Positions 1 through 10,683 of a stretch of 64,000 nt of DNA are shown here, one piece after another (within the stretch, counting starts at the first letter, position 1; the number at the start of each line of letters is the position of its first letter). Both the position numbers and the translations under genes were made by a program. The stretch is from Naegleria gruberi (taxonomy: Eukaryota). The stretch lies in assembly GCA_000004985.1 (NCBI GenBank), contig GG738859.1. The stretch is one strand, 5' to 3'. Below the pieces are notes generated by a model. The model ran no database searches and was not told the DNA's origin. It saw nothing but the letters and a program-made list of their open reading frames with translations.

Positions 1-447
1 TTGAAGGTAATGGCAGTTAAATTTGATGATTTCCTATTTGGAAGACTCATGTCTGATTTAACACCATACCTGATACGTACACTGAAAGAACTCCATTCAC
101 AATTCGTAACAAAATACAAGAGGGAACCAAGCAAGTTAGATTACTTTAGAACAGAGGCAGAATTCAAGTATTTGAAATCAATTTTACAATTCTACTTTAC
201 TGTTCTCGATACATCAGACTACTTTAAGGAACATGTTAAACAAGCAGAACTTCAATCTGTCTCTGAAACGTTGAAATCATTGTACCTTTCTGAGGATATC
301 CCAAGTGATTTCTTATCACTCAGTGAGAGGATTGTTTACATGTTATCTTTGGAGCCACTTGAAAGGCCAGAACCAGAAGTGCAACCTGAAGATAATGAGG
401 TATTGATTGAGGATGCTAAATATGACTCGAAGGATGATGTGGAATGA
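1..447 (+). CDS. 3' end of a protein-coding gene; the start lies off-window. Hypothetical protein.
   Basis: Open frame runs from the window edge to TGA at 445-447. The ORF-track 'M' at position 1 is a TTG, so this is a C-terminal fragment. No recognisable motif in ...FDDFLFGRLMSDLTPYLIRTLKELH... Confidence 0.45.
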   Translation: MKVMAVKFDDFLFGRLMSDLTPYLIRTLKELHSQFVTKYKREPSKLDYFRTEAEFKYLKSILQFYFTVLDTSDYFKEHVKQAELQSVSETLKSLYLSEDIPSDFLSLSERIVYMLSLEPLERPEPEVQPEDNEVLIEDAKYDSKDDVE

Positions 448-532
448 AATAATAATTGGTTGACAAATAAATCCAATCATGGACCAGTTTATTCCGTTCT
501 AACATTCACTCGATATAATGCTTAGCAATAAA

Positions 533-3040
533 TTATTCTGTACAATTTTCCTTAGCCTCAGTTTCTAAGATATCTAAAATCTCAGCATAAAACTCATCAT
601 CGAATTCGTCCTCAATTTTATCCTCTTCAATTTCCTCGGCACTTTCTATAGTATCATCTTGTGGCACAGGGAAGAGAGCGTCGTCTGTCATAGTTAATCC
701 CATAGTGAGATAGCTTACGAGTGAAGATACTACAGATTGGCTCATATCTTGTTTGATTGATAGAGCTCTGGACAATGCAATATCGTCGGCCTCAGTATCA
801 CAAGTCTCAATATCGTCAGAACTAGAAAGAGAATTTTTGGTGAATTTAGGGTATCTGTGCATTTCGTTAATATTCAAATAACTTGGAATATTCAACCTTG
901 TCTTGTGTAGCATACTCAATAAATAGGGTAAAACATCTGCAAGAGTCTCTTTCAAATTGAATAAATGTGAAAAAGTGGAAACATCTTCAAAAGGTAAAAA
1001 ACCTAGATAAGCCTTTTTCACCATTGACTCGTCACTATCCTGATTTTTTACAAGTAATAATAGCTGTTTAAGCTTTTCTTCTCGCTCTTTAAATACTGAC
1101 TTGACTAACTTGGGTGCCAAAACTGACTTTAAACCCTTAGCATCAGGTATGTGACCTTGGTGATAGTAAAGAACTGCTCTACTTGTTGTCAAAAACTGAT
1201 ACTCATTGAAAGTGGTAGTTTGTTGTGTATCCTCATAGGTGTTACTCATTTTTCTTCCAAATGAACTATCTGATAAGGAGAAGGCATCTAGTGATTTGCT
1301 CAATGCTGTAATATCTTTACAAAAATATGGAGAGTTGGATTGAACATAATTTGTTAAAGTTTGCTCTGGAATATTTTTCTCGGATTTGTAAACATTGAGT
1401 ACATCCTTTTCCAAATTAAATTCCAAAATTCCAGTGTTTTTATCTCTTTTTCCATACAGTACTCTAGCTGCTGCGTGATGAATGGTTGTACCAATATCCA
1501 TATGAATATTGAAAGTTTTAGATTGTTGTTCCTTAGCTTTCTTATTCTTAGATTTTTTTTTGATTGAATCAGCTATCTTCTTTGCTTGTTTTTCAACTTT
1601 CTTTAACTTGTCTGATTTTACAGGAGATGAAAATAAATCCATCTTTCCATTTTTCACTCCCAACACGAAATATTCCAATTGATTGATGGCATGTCTCAAA
1701 TCTCCATTTGATCCTGAAACAATGATATTAAAGTCTTCTTCACTAACTTTGCTGAAGCACTTCTCCTTTCTTGATATGTTTTTCAAGATGGGAGTAATAA
1801 TCGTCTTTGGTGGCTTTGTAATCTTGACTACAGTACAACTTTCTCTAAACTCTTTTGGATAATTTACAAGGAGATCATAATCGGATGAAGAGGAATTTGT
1901 GTGGTCGTGCAACACAATAAATTTAACCAATCTCTTCCTCTTGTTAATTTCCAAATTTTGTAATAATGAAAGTCCATAGTGTAAAGCTTGAAACAGTTTC
2001 TCTTTTTGTTGCTTGGTATGTACAGGTGGAAGCTCTTCGATCACTATAATATCTACATTATATCCTCCAAGAGAGGTAGATGTTTTCTTTACATCTGAAT
2101 TTGTGTGCGATTGAACATATGAAATATCTAAATCGTTACTATTACTCGATAAATTGAGACTCTTTTTAACAATGGTTGTTCTTAAGAAATCTCTAAAACT
2201 GGAAATAACAGAGTTTGGATTTGGACCCTTGTTAAGGTCTTCAATCCAATTCTTTGTTTCGCCCATTTGATTGTCCTCAACTTGTTGTTCATCCTTGTTG
2301 ATCTTGTTTGGGTGATAGATATGTACTCTTCCAAATCCAAAATGTTTCTTAATCATCAAATAAACCATTGTTCTTTTGCCAGATCCTCCTGGCCCAATGA
2401 CAATACATGGCTTATTCTTGAAAGAAATATCCTTGGGATAACTACAAATCCAATCCTCAAAATCCGAAACAACATTAGGCTTTATCCATATCTCTGAAAT
2501 ATCTGTAGGAACATGCTTTTCACACCAACTCATTCCAGTGGGTGTCACTCGATTTTTAACTGCTTTTTTAGTTTCCATCACACTATCTTCATCATCTTCA
2601 TCAGAAATAACAATGGTATGTTTTTTCTTTTTTGGTGGGGTATATTCTTCAGGTTCTTCTTCCTCACTTTCGTCATCTATTACTTTAGAAAATTTTGAAG
2701 GTGATTTCTTTTTCCACTGTCTCGATGGTTTTTCTTCATCATCACAGCAAGATACACTGGGAGATGTTTTCTCTAATTTTTTCCTTGTAGAGGAATTAGA
2801 AGATGAATTTGATGACAATTGTGAAGGGGAAGAGGCATATTGGCTATTCGATGAATCTACATCCGATTGACTACACACAAGATTAAGTGATTTTTTCCCA
2901 GAATTTGATGATTGTTTTCTTTTCCGCGAAGTTGTTGTTTTATGATCCGATTCTTCTACATCCAAACTCGATGGATCACTCCTTCTTCGTGATGAAGACG
3001 ATGATGAGGCCTTCTTTTTCCAGGCTCCTTTTGAACTCAT
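533..3040 (-). CDS. RAD17/Rad24-like checkpoint clamp-loader subunit (RFC-like AAA+ ATPase)
   Basis: Walker A IVIGPGGSGKRT. RFC/Rad17-type sensor motif SGSNGDLRHAINQLEY (compare SSGDIRSAINSLQF in Rad17). N-terminal WCEKHVP...ISEIWIKPNVVSDFEDW resembles the W-x-x-KY-x-P RFC-box region. Serine/lysine-rich N-terminus. True ATG at 3040 (aaaaaATGagttca); the ORF-track start at 3136 is an alternative codon. Stop TAA at 533-535. Confidence 0.7.
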   Translation of the reverse strand: MSSKGAWKKKASSSSSSRRRSDPSSLDVEESDHKTTTSRKRKQSSNSGKKSLNLVCSQSDVDSSNSQYASSPSQLSSNSSSNSSTRKKLEKTSPSVSCCDDEEKPSRQWKKKSPSKFSKVIDDESEEEEPEEYTPPKKKKHTIVISDEDDEDSVMETKKAVKNRVTPTGMSWCEKHVPTDISEIWIKPNVVSDFEDWICSYPKDISFKNKPCIVIGPGGSGKRTMVYLMIKKHFGFGRVHIYHPNKINKDEQQVEDNQMGETKNWIEDLNKGPNPNSVISSFRDFLRTTIVKKSLNLSSNSNDLDISYVQSHTNSDVKKTSTSLGGYNVDIIVIEELPPVHTKQQKEKLFQALHYGLSLLQNLEINKRKRLVKFIVLHDHTNSSSSDYDLLVNYPKEFRESCTVVKITKPPKTIITPILKNISRKEKCFSKVSEEDFNIIVSGSNGDLRHAINQLEYFVLGVKNGKMDLFSSPVKSDKLKKVEKQAKKIADSIKKKSKNKKAKEQQSKTFNIHMDIGTTIHHAAARVLYGKRDKNTGILEFNLEKDVLNVYKSEKNIPEQTLTNYVQSNSPYFCKDITALSKSLDAFSLSDSSFGRKMSNTYEDTQQTTTFNEYQFLTTSRAVLYYHQGHIPDAKGLKSVLAPKLVKSVFKEREEKLKQLLLLVKNQDSDESMVKKAYLGFLPFEDVSTFSHLFNLKETLADVLPYLLSMLHKTRLNIPSYLNINEMHRYPKFTKNSLSSSDDIETCDTEADDIALSRALSIKQDMSQSVVSSLVSYLTMGLTMTDDALFPVPQDDTIESAEEIEEDKIEDEFDDEFYAEILDILETEAKENCTE

Positions 3041-3355
3041 TTTTTTGATAATTTGCTTTCCAGAATCTAGAAGAAATGGAATTTGGCGCCAAAAAACACC
3101 AACAACAATTTTTGTTCTCGAAAATATTAAGAACATTTTAGTTTGTCCAATACCTTAACCGAAACGAAAAACTAGAATTTTATTTTCATCTCCTCACTTG
3201 GCTTTAGAAGTGAACTTGGAAAACCTTCTCTCCCTCAATAGCAATTAATTGAATTTATAGATGGTCCATCACAGCATATCGTTCATCATAAAAAATATTA
3301 AAAAAAATTGTATTACTACAAGGTGGAGCCTTACTCAATAACAACAAAAAGGAAA

Positions 3356-3895
3356 ATGAACATTAATTACGCTGCTAACGAAGCCCTCAGACCATTGTTC
3401 AATGCTGTCGATTTGGACAAGTCAGGAAAGATTACTCACAACGAATTACAAAAGGTTTTGACCATGCCTGGAAGCGAACTTCAAGGTGGTTCTTTCAGCG
3501 AAAGATGTGCTAAGAGACTGGTTAAAATGTTTGATAGAAACGGAAATGGTTCTGTCGATTTTGAAGAATACTCGGCACTCCATCAATATCTTATTCAAAT
3601 GAAGGCTGGCTTTGAAAGTGTTGATACAAACAAATCAGGAAAGGTTGAATTTAACGAAGTTACCATTACATTATCTCGTGTCGGATTCAATTTTTCACCA
3701 CAAATTGTTCAAAAGTTGTTCAAATTATTTGATTTCCAAAATAAGGGATCTTTGGATTTTGATGGTTATATTGAATTGTGTGCTTTCTTGGGTTTGATGA
3801 GAGCTCAATTTATTCCACGTGATGCTAACTACTCTGGACAAGCCATGTTCACTTGGGAACAATTCATTCAAGCCTGTATGGAAGCCTATATGTAA
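3356..3895 (+). CDS. Penta-EF-hand Ca2+-binding protein (ALG-2/PDCD6/peflin-like)
   Basis: Four canonical EF loops: DLDKSGKITHNE, DRNGNGSVDFEE, DTNKSGKVEFNE, DFQNKGSLDFDG. C-terminal tail ...RDANYSGQAMFTWEQFIQACM resembles the ALG-2 fifth pairing EF-hand. ATG at 3356 with an A-rich context. Confidence 0.75.
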   Translation: MNINYAANEALRPLFNAVDLDKSGKITHNELQKVLTMPGSELQGGSFSERCAKRLVKMFDRNGNGSVDFEEYSALHQYLIQMKAGFESVDTNKSGKVEFNEVTITLSRVGFNFSPQIVQKLFKLFDFQNKGSLDFDGYIELCAFLGLMRAQFIPRDANYSGQAMFTWEQFIQACMEAYM

Positions 3896-3928
3896 ATTTG
3901 AATAACATAACTTTCATTTATTAGATAA

Positions 3929-5419
3929 TTATTCTGTGGCATTCTTTGCAGGAACTCTTTTAATGACTCTCTTGATAACCTTCTTTCCTGGTGTTGTGGT
4001 AGTTGAATTATTTGACGAATCTTGGATTGTTGATGAAGAGTTGGTGGAAGTAGGTTGTTGCTCTTGAGGTGGTGGAATTTTTGGCGTTGGAGAGCTGTCT
4101 CCATCAGAGTCATTGGAAGTAGGTCTGTATCTGTCTTCTTCAGAAAATTTTCTTTCCAAGAGTGGAGAAGATTGAATAGGAGAGGATTTTGCAATGATTG
4201 CCTCTCTGTGTCTTCTTCTACCACCATCGCTGTCTGTATTATCATCTCCAGATGGAATATAGTGACGACTGCCAAGTGAGTCATCATTATCTTCCAAATA
4301 TCTGCGTCTAGTATCATCAACTGGAGAATAGGAATTATCTGTTTGTGAAAGTCTGGCTCCTCTTCCAGAACTCGAATCAGATGAATCGTTATTGTCTTCT
4401 GTTTTTCTAAATGATTTGACTTGTTTCTTTTCAGTTGACTTTGTTCTCAAACTCTCTGTCACAACACTTGTCGATCCAGAAGCATACTGTTCCACATACT
4501 TTTCACACCACTTGAATTTAACAGGAGCCCTTGGAGATGTCACCTCATCCTTCATTTGTCTCGAAGAGTATGTAATGAGGAGTGAGTTAAAACTTGGTAT
4601 CGATTCCTTAATATCCACTCCATTATACATTAGTGATTTATCGAGTGCTGTATAAACTGACAATAATTGCAACTCACTCTCAAATTGCAAGTAATATTCC
4701 ACATTCATTCCTTGTAAATTTTCACTCAAAATTTGAAGAACAGATCTCTGTTTGCTATTATTATTATTCTGACTTGGATTCAAAACAATGGATATTTCTG
4801 TTTTTTCAATAGTCAAAGGACATAGATCAGTCATTTTCTTATCCTTGAAAATACATAATGCATATTCACCTCCATTTTGTCTATGATAGAGAATACACAT
4901 TGATAGTGGTACAATTGAGCATTTAGAATCTCTTTGAAGAATAATCTGTTCAACTTTTGGAAGGTAGAATCTCACTTGTTCCTTCTTTTTAGCAATAACA
5001 AATGCTTTGGAGAATTTTCGGAATTTGATAGATTGTTTCTCAATGTCCTCATAATTGATTTTTGGATTGTAGAGATCTTCCTCTTCTATTAAATTGTTGT
5101 CATTTACAATATTGTTAATGATGATGATGGTGAAGATTGTACAGTAGTGGATGATGGTAAAGAGGAGGAGCTGTTATTATTATTTGATGGTTGAGTGGTG
5201 GATGTATTATTTGTAGATGATGAATTGTTGGAAGCAGTGTTAGGAGAATTGGAAGTTGTTGGTATTGTTATTGATATTATTGGTTGATGAAACTACTGAA
5301 GGTGATGGATTGTTTGTTGGTTGCTCATCGCTTGGTGTTGTTGGTTGTTGTGTTTGAGCATTGTTGGCTTTGTTGACTGTCCTGATTGGTATCTTTCTGG
5401 TAATCACAACTTTGGACAT
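3929..5419 (-). CDS. Hypothetical protein with a PH-like N-terminal region and a Ser/Asp-rich C-terminus. Proposed 2-exon model: join(3929..5170,5297..5419).
   Basis: Long open frame 3929..5170. There is no in-frame ATG before the globular region (..FRKFSKAFVIAKKKEQVRFYLPKVEQIIL..). An upstream in-frame exon starts aaaaaaATGtccaaa at 5419 (MSKVVITRK...NPSPS). It would join via a candidate 126-nt AT-rich intron (forward 5171..5296). On the coding strand the intron is GTAGTT...AATAACAG and contains stops. Phase 0 on both sides. Confidence 0.35.
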
Positions 5420-5532
5420 TTTTTTGATGGGAAGATTGATGACAGTATTGACAATTAGAGCATTTCTTTTATTACACAGAAGTAAGGTTAGCTTCACTCA
5501 TTTCATCTTTGAGATTAATTCATAGATTAATT

Positions 5533-6096
5533 TTACGAATTATTATTGAATTTCTTTTGTAAATCATCCAATCTCTTACCAATATCTGAGTAAATTGAAT
5601 TTGGATTTCTGAATCCATAATCCTTCAAAAAGCAACCAAAGCCATAAACTGAGTAACTGTATGAATATCTATATCTGTACACTTTTGTTGCACCCAAAGG
5701 TTTATAAAACACATCAATGGCAGGTATCGAAACAATATTCCTCTCATAACAAACTTTTGGTGTAATCGAACAGTCAACCTCCACAAAATTGGCATCATCT
5801 TTATAATGTGGTGCAATTTCTCTAATCTTTTTTTTCAAATATTCACAAGTATACTTGTATGGAGCTGTAAAAGCAGCAGCAACTGGTTTTCCCTGATTAA
5901 TTATTTCATCAAAATGCTCCTCACTCTGAATGACTGTAACATTTCCTCTCGGAAGAGGATGATCCGTTGTTTTATAATATTTCCATAGCAAAAATTCTCT
6001 CCATTCCAATGGTTCATTCTGTTCTTGTTTTTTCTTTATGTTTTGAATTGTTGAATAACTCCAAAAAACATCCTTCTCACTTTCATTATTAGACAT
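5533..6096 (-). CDS. Thioredoxin-fold protein without a CxxC motif, phosducin-like (PhLP/TXNDC9-type)
   Basis: The thioredoxin-fold spacing pattern is present: VTVIQSEEHFDEIINQGKPVAAAFTAPYKYTCEYLKKKIREIAP..FVEVDCSITPKVCYERNIVSIPAIDVFYKPLG. It aligns position-for-position with PhLP3 ...[57 protein letters not shown]. True ATG at 6096 (aaaaATGtct). Confidence 0.4.
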   Translation of the reverse strand: MSNNESEKDVFWSYSTIQNIKKKQEQNEPLEWREFLLWKYYKTTDHPLPRGNVTVIQSEEHFDEIINQGKPVAAAFTAPYKYTCEYLKKKIREIAPHYKDDANFVEVDCSITPKVCYERNIVSIPAIDVFYKPLGATKVYRYRYSYSYSVYGFGCFLKDYGFRNPNSIYSDIGKRLDDLQKKFNNNS

Positions 6097-6409
6097 TTTT
6101 TTAAAATTGGAAAAATCAAATAATTTGATATCGATATTTCTTTTTAATTGTTGTTATTATTATTAAATACTAATATTGGTTTACTTATTTTAATCAACTT
6201 GATTGTTGATATGGCTATCTTGAATTTGAGGTAACGCTTATTGGAATAGTGTGAAAAACCACAACATTGAATTGGATGGCATATTTTTTGAGTCAAGACG
6301 AGATTTAATGGCTTTGCACCCCTATCGTTTTATAATATAGTATAGTGTGTTTGATTTTAATCTTCCCGCCAAAATACAGTACTGAATTTGAAAAACAACT
6401 ACAAAAATA

Positions 6410-7786
6410 ATGGCTGAACATGATAGCAGTTTGATGGAGGATAGCTCAATGTTGGATCCCGAGAGCACTTCCAATATTAATGATTATTCAAATATGAGAT
6501 CATCTTTTGAGGAGGGATCCTATGCTGAGGAAGATCCTCTTGCACAAGATGGAAGAGTTATGGAAGAGGAAGATGACGAATTAACTGATGACGATGATTC
6601 TGAAGAAAGACATGAAGGAGAATTTACATCAGAGACACAAGGAAATAGTACACTGAATATATCTACAGAATTTGAAACAATTGATGAGGATGCTCACTAT
6701 GTTGATGAGGAAGATTCGGAGGATGATGAGGACTTGGACGACCCTCGAGCAAGAGAGGCCAGATTACTGTACCTTAAAAAACAAAAGTACATTGAAAAGT
6801 ATGCAGATGAATTGAAAAAAAGAGAGACAATCTATTCAAAACACAGAAAAGCTCAAAAAAGATTGGCTGAAATATTTAGAGTAACAAAAGGAGCAGAAAG
6901 GTTTGCTAACACTGCTCCTTCTTCGGAAGTCGAAGAAAGATATGCAAAGTATGTGGCAGAACATAAGGAATTAAGAGATGAAATGGAAGAATTGAGGCGA
7001 AAAAATGCTGTTCAGCTGAATGAGATGAGAATAAGATTGGAGGAAAGAGAAACCAATGCATCTGAATTACAAAACTCTTTTAGAGAATTCAAAAGAAGCA
7101 TGGCTCTTAGTGCTGTAGATAGTAGAACTGGTAAGAAAATTCCATCAAACTCAATAGAACAGTACATAGACAGAGACAGACAAAAGGATGACATGATAAG
7201 AGAAATCAGAACAACCTTTATTGAACTGAAAAATACAAAAGACTCTTTAGAAAAGCTCATAAAGAGTAGAGAAGAATTCTCAGAAGGTCTTCACTTGATG
7301 GACTATGAACAACTGAAAATGGAAAACTCAACCCTAATGGAAAAGTTGAGAGAAAAGAGAGACAACCTTAAGAAATCAAGAGAAAAACAAACTACAACTG
7401 TCCACATTTTAACTCACGTTAAAGAAAAATTACAATATGTACAGACTGAAAATTCAGAATTGCAAAAGAAGTTGGACAAACTAAACATCAACCTTACCGA
7501 GTATAAAGACATGCTTACTAGAATCAAAAAGGAGCGAGACATGTTAAAAAAACAAAACATGGAAATGAGAGAAAAGGAGCCTCTAGTTGGAACTGACTCT
7601 TTACTCCTTGACTATCAAAGTAGAAAGGACGAACTAGATATGTTAAAAGATCAAGTTATGGAGCTGAAGAATACCTATAACAGACTGATACTGAAAACAA
7701 AGAGTTACAACAAACAAACAGAAGCATTTGAAAAGAGAAATGCTCCAAAAGTCACAACCTATACTCTTCCAGATATTCACAAATAA
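6410..7786 (+). CDS. Cilia/flagella-associated coiled-coil protein, CCDC113/CCDC96-like (DUF4201 type)
   Basis: Acidic N-terminus followed by about 350 aa of heptad coiled coil. ..SEGLHLMDYEQLKMENSTLMEKLREKR.. resembles the conserved ..IDFEQLKIEN.. core of the CCDC113/CCDC96 family. ATG at 6410 (aaaataATGgct). Confidence 0.45.
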   Translation: MAEHDSSLMEDSSMLDPESTSNINDYSNMRSSFEEGSYAEEDPLAQDGRVMEEEDDELTDDDDSEERHEGEFTSETQGNSTLNISTEFETIDEDAHYVDEEDSEDDEDLDDPRAREARLLYLKKQKYIEKYADELKKRETIYSKHRKAQKRLAEIFRVTKGAERFANTAPSSEVEERYAKYVAEHKELRDEMEELRRKNAVQLNEMRIRLEERETNASELQNSFREFKRSMALSAVDSRTGKKIPSNSIEQYIDRDRQKDDMIREIRTTFIELKNTKDSLEKLIKSREEFSEGLHLMDYEQLKMENSTLMEKLREKRDNLKKSREKQTTTVHILTHVKEKLQYVQTENSELQKKLDKLNINLTEYKDMLTRIKKERDMLKKQNMEMREKEPLVGTDSLLLDYQSRKDELDMLKDQVMELKNTYNRLILKTKSYNKQTEAFEKRNAPKVTTYTLPDIHK

Positions 7787-7927
7787 TAAATTTATAAATA
7801 ATTCTCATCATTTCTTGTCACGTTGCAAATATATTTGCTCTCAGGCGATTCTCAACCATGTTACTGTACCAACCATTTTGTTATTCGGAGAGTGGATCGA
7901 TATTTTATGCTTTTCCAAGACAAAAAA

Positions 7928-10683
7928 ATGAGTGTAAGCGCAGAGTGGGTCCAACTCGGAAAGGGTAAGAAGGGAGTACCAGTGTACTACCGAAAGAAAG
8001 AAATATACACTATGGAATGGGGAGATGATAATATTAATCTCTCCGAATGTCTGATCGCTGCTGCAAATTTTGGTGGACCTATTGGTAGGTGTAAAATTTT
8101 TATTATTTAATATTTAACGATTTTTTCAAAATATTACCATCGTCATCATAATTAAAAAACTCTCTGCAGCTCTCACAAGGGATCCTAAAAAGTTATTAAG
8201 ATTTAGAGGAACTGATTCAAAACAATATGTACATGTATTTTCAAGTTCAGGAAAAAGAATTTCAAAATTTGAGGTAGGTTATTTAGTTTGAGTTTTTTGA
8301 GATCAATTTTATAAGTGGAATACACAATTAAACAAATCACTCCTTTATATGGGATGGACACAAGAGGAATCCTTGATTTGTGTAACAGAGTAAGTGGCTC
8401 CTGAACTTATGAAATTTAAACCTGTATAAATAGTGAGGCTCACGTATTCATTTTCGATATTTTTGGAAAACAATTACAACAATTCCCATTCCCAGAGGAA
8501 GTTAAAAGTGCTGGAATTTTAAAAGTTAAACATTGGGAAACTGGTATTGCTATTCTTACAAGAGATTTTAATGTTTGGGTAATTTCGGATTTGGAATTTA
8601 TTGATTGTCAACAATTAGCTTCTCTAGGTAGGTAAAACATTTCAAATTTGTATGTGATAGATTTTTAATAGATGTTCCACTTGAATTCAATGATGAAAAG
8701 GAAATTGGAATGTGTATCTTACAACCAAATATTGCAACAAGTGGAGATTTGGAAGTAATTATCAGTGTACCTCAAGCAAGAACTGTTTATGTTGTAACTT
8801 CTGAGGAATGTAATAATTTAGGACTCGATAATGGTCCATTTCCTAAAATTTGTGCCTCTCCTTCCGGAGAAGCTTTAGCCACCTTTAATGAATCTGGATC
8901 ATTGTGGGTTGTTAAATCCGATTTTACTGAAAACCATGCAGAATTTGATACAAGATCATCAAGTACACCATCACAAGTAGCTTGGTGCGGTGAGGATAGT
9001 GTTTGTTTATATTGGGAACCTGAACAAGTTAATAATAGAGAAGGAAATGTATCTTTACTTTTAATGATTGGACCAAATGGTGACTATAGCACATTCACCT
9101 ATGATAGTCCAATTCACCTTGTGACAGAAATTGATGGTGTCAGAGTTATTACCAATGATTCCTGTGAATTTTTGCAAAGAGTACCAGAAGCAAACTTTGA
9201 TATTTTCAAAATTGGTTCTCTTACTCCATCAGCCATGCTCTATGATGCCTACATTGAATTTGAAAAGAAGAATGCCTCATCAATCAATAATATTAGATCT
9301 ATTAAGAATTCGCTAAGAGGAGCCGTTAATGCTTGTCTTGAGGCTGCTGCAAATGAATTTGATACATCCCTTCAAAAATCCCTTTTACGTGCTGCTTCAT
9401 ATGGTAAATCCTTTTGTGATGAATTTGAACATTCCGAGTTTGTTAATACTTGTAAAATTCTTAGAGTTATGAATGCTGTCAGAGATTCGAATATTGGTAT
9501 TCCAATCACTTTGGATCAATACAAGAGATTAACACCAAAAGTTTTAATAGATAGACTTGTGAATAGAATGCAACATTTGGTAGCCTATAGAATTTGTACC
9601 TACCTCAAGATCAAACCAAACAATGTACTTGTTCACTGGGCTTGTTCCAAAGTACTGTCTAATGAAGATGATCATGTAATATTGGATTCCATTGATAAGA
9701 AGCTTTCTGAATGTGAAGGTGTTCCATTTTCTACTGTAGCTTCAACTGCCTACAGTGTAGGTAAGAAGAACTTAGCTATTCAACTCTTGGAAAGAGAAGA
9801 AAGAGCTAGCGAACAAGTTCCACTCCTTTTAAATATGAATGAAACTAAGAATGCTCTCAGAAAAGCCATTATCAGTGGTGAAACTGATCTTGTCTATTTG
9901 GTACTTCTTCACATGAAGAAAAACATGGAAGTATCAAGCTTCTTCTCTGTAATTAATGAAAAGGGATTCAGAGTTGCTAGAAATCTTCTAGTAACATATT
10001 GTAAGGAGAGAGATATTGATTTCCTTAAAATTTTCTTCCATGCTTTGGATAAACAAGAGGAAGCAGCTGCTATGAATGTATTTGAATCATTCTCATTTGA
10101 AGGGGAACCAGCAGCTCACAAGAAGCTCCTACTCCAAGCTAAAGAACTCTATAATAAGAAGAAGGATTACCAATTGGACAGTAAACTTTGTGAAGAACAA
10201 GTTAAATTGCTCCAAATGCAAAGAGAGTTTGATAACGCATTGGGAAGACAATTATTTACAGGACTTTCTGTTAGTGAAACTATCTATCAATGTCTCCTTA
10301 ATGGTAACAAACAAGCAAAGAAAGTCAAGAAGGAATTCCAAGTTTCTGATAAAAAGTTTTGGTGGTTAAAGATTGCTGCCTTCTCCAAGTTGGGCAAGTG
10401 GAATAAGATGGAAAAATTCTCCAAGAAAAAGTCACCAATAGGATACAGACCTTTTGTTGAGGCATGCTTACAACAAAAGAATACAGTAGAAGCCCACAAG
10501 TACATTCCAAAAGTAACAGATCCATGGGAAAAGATTGAACTTTATGTAGAATTATTGTCTTTCAAGGAAGCCATCGAAACTGCTTTCGCACACAAGAATA
10601 CTGACATGCTTAGATGGATTAGAACCAAGACAAACCACTCTCAAACCAAGTTAACAATTGATGATTTACTTTCTAAACTCTAA
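7928..10683 (+). CDS. VPS16: VPS16 (HOPS/CORVET subunit). Five exons: 7928..8084, 8170..8273, 8316..8389, 8434..8627, 8672..10683.
   Basis: Exon 1 MSVSAEWVQLGKGKKGVPVYYRKKEIYTMEWGD..LSECLIAAANFGGPI matches human VPS16 WNPLGD..FYRKYELYSMDW..LRDCLVAAAPYGGPI. The long last exon contains [63 protein letters not shown] (human [63 protein letters not shown]) and C-terminal KKFWWLKIAAFSKLGKWNKMEKFSKKKSPIGYRPFVEAC (human [40 protein letters not shown]). Introns are 85, 42, 44 and 44 nt with GTAGGT/GTAAGT donors and AG acceptors; phases checked. An alternative for the last intron (8579..8670, GTAATT donor) also keeps frame. Confidence 0.8.

Noticed and set aside
1361-2870. Antisense ORFs 1361..1567, 2267..2497, 2513..2698 and 2538..2870 within the RAD17-like gene.
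   Set aside because: Short, AT-codon-biased, with no A-rich ATG context. They are embedded in a CDS with clear AAA+ motifs on the other strand.
7823-8110. 95-aa ORF 7823..8110 as an independent small gene.
   Set aside because: Its C-terminal half is exon 1 of VPS16 (MSVSAEW..GGPI), ending at a GTAGGT donor. The upstream part begins with a non-ATG codon.
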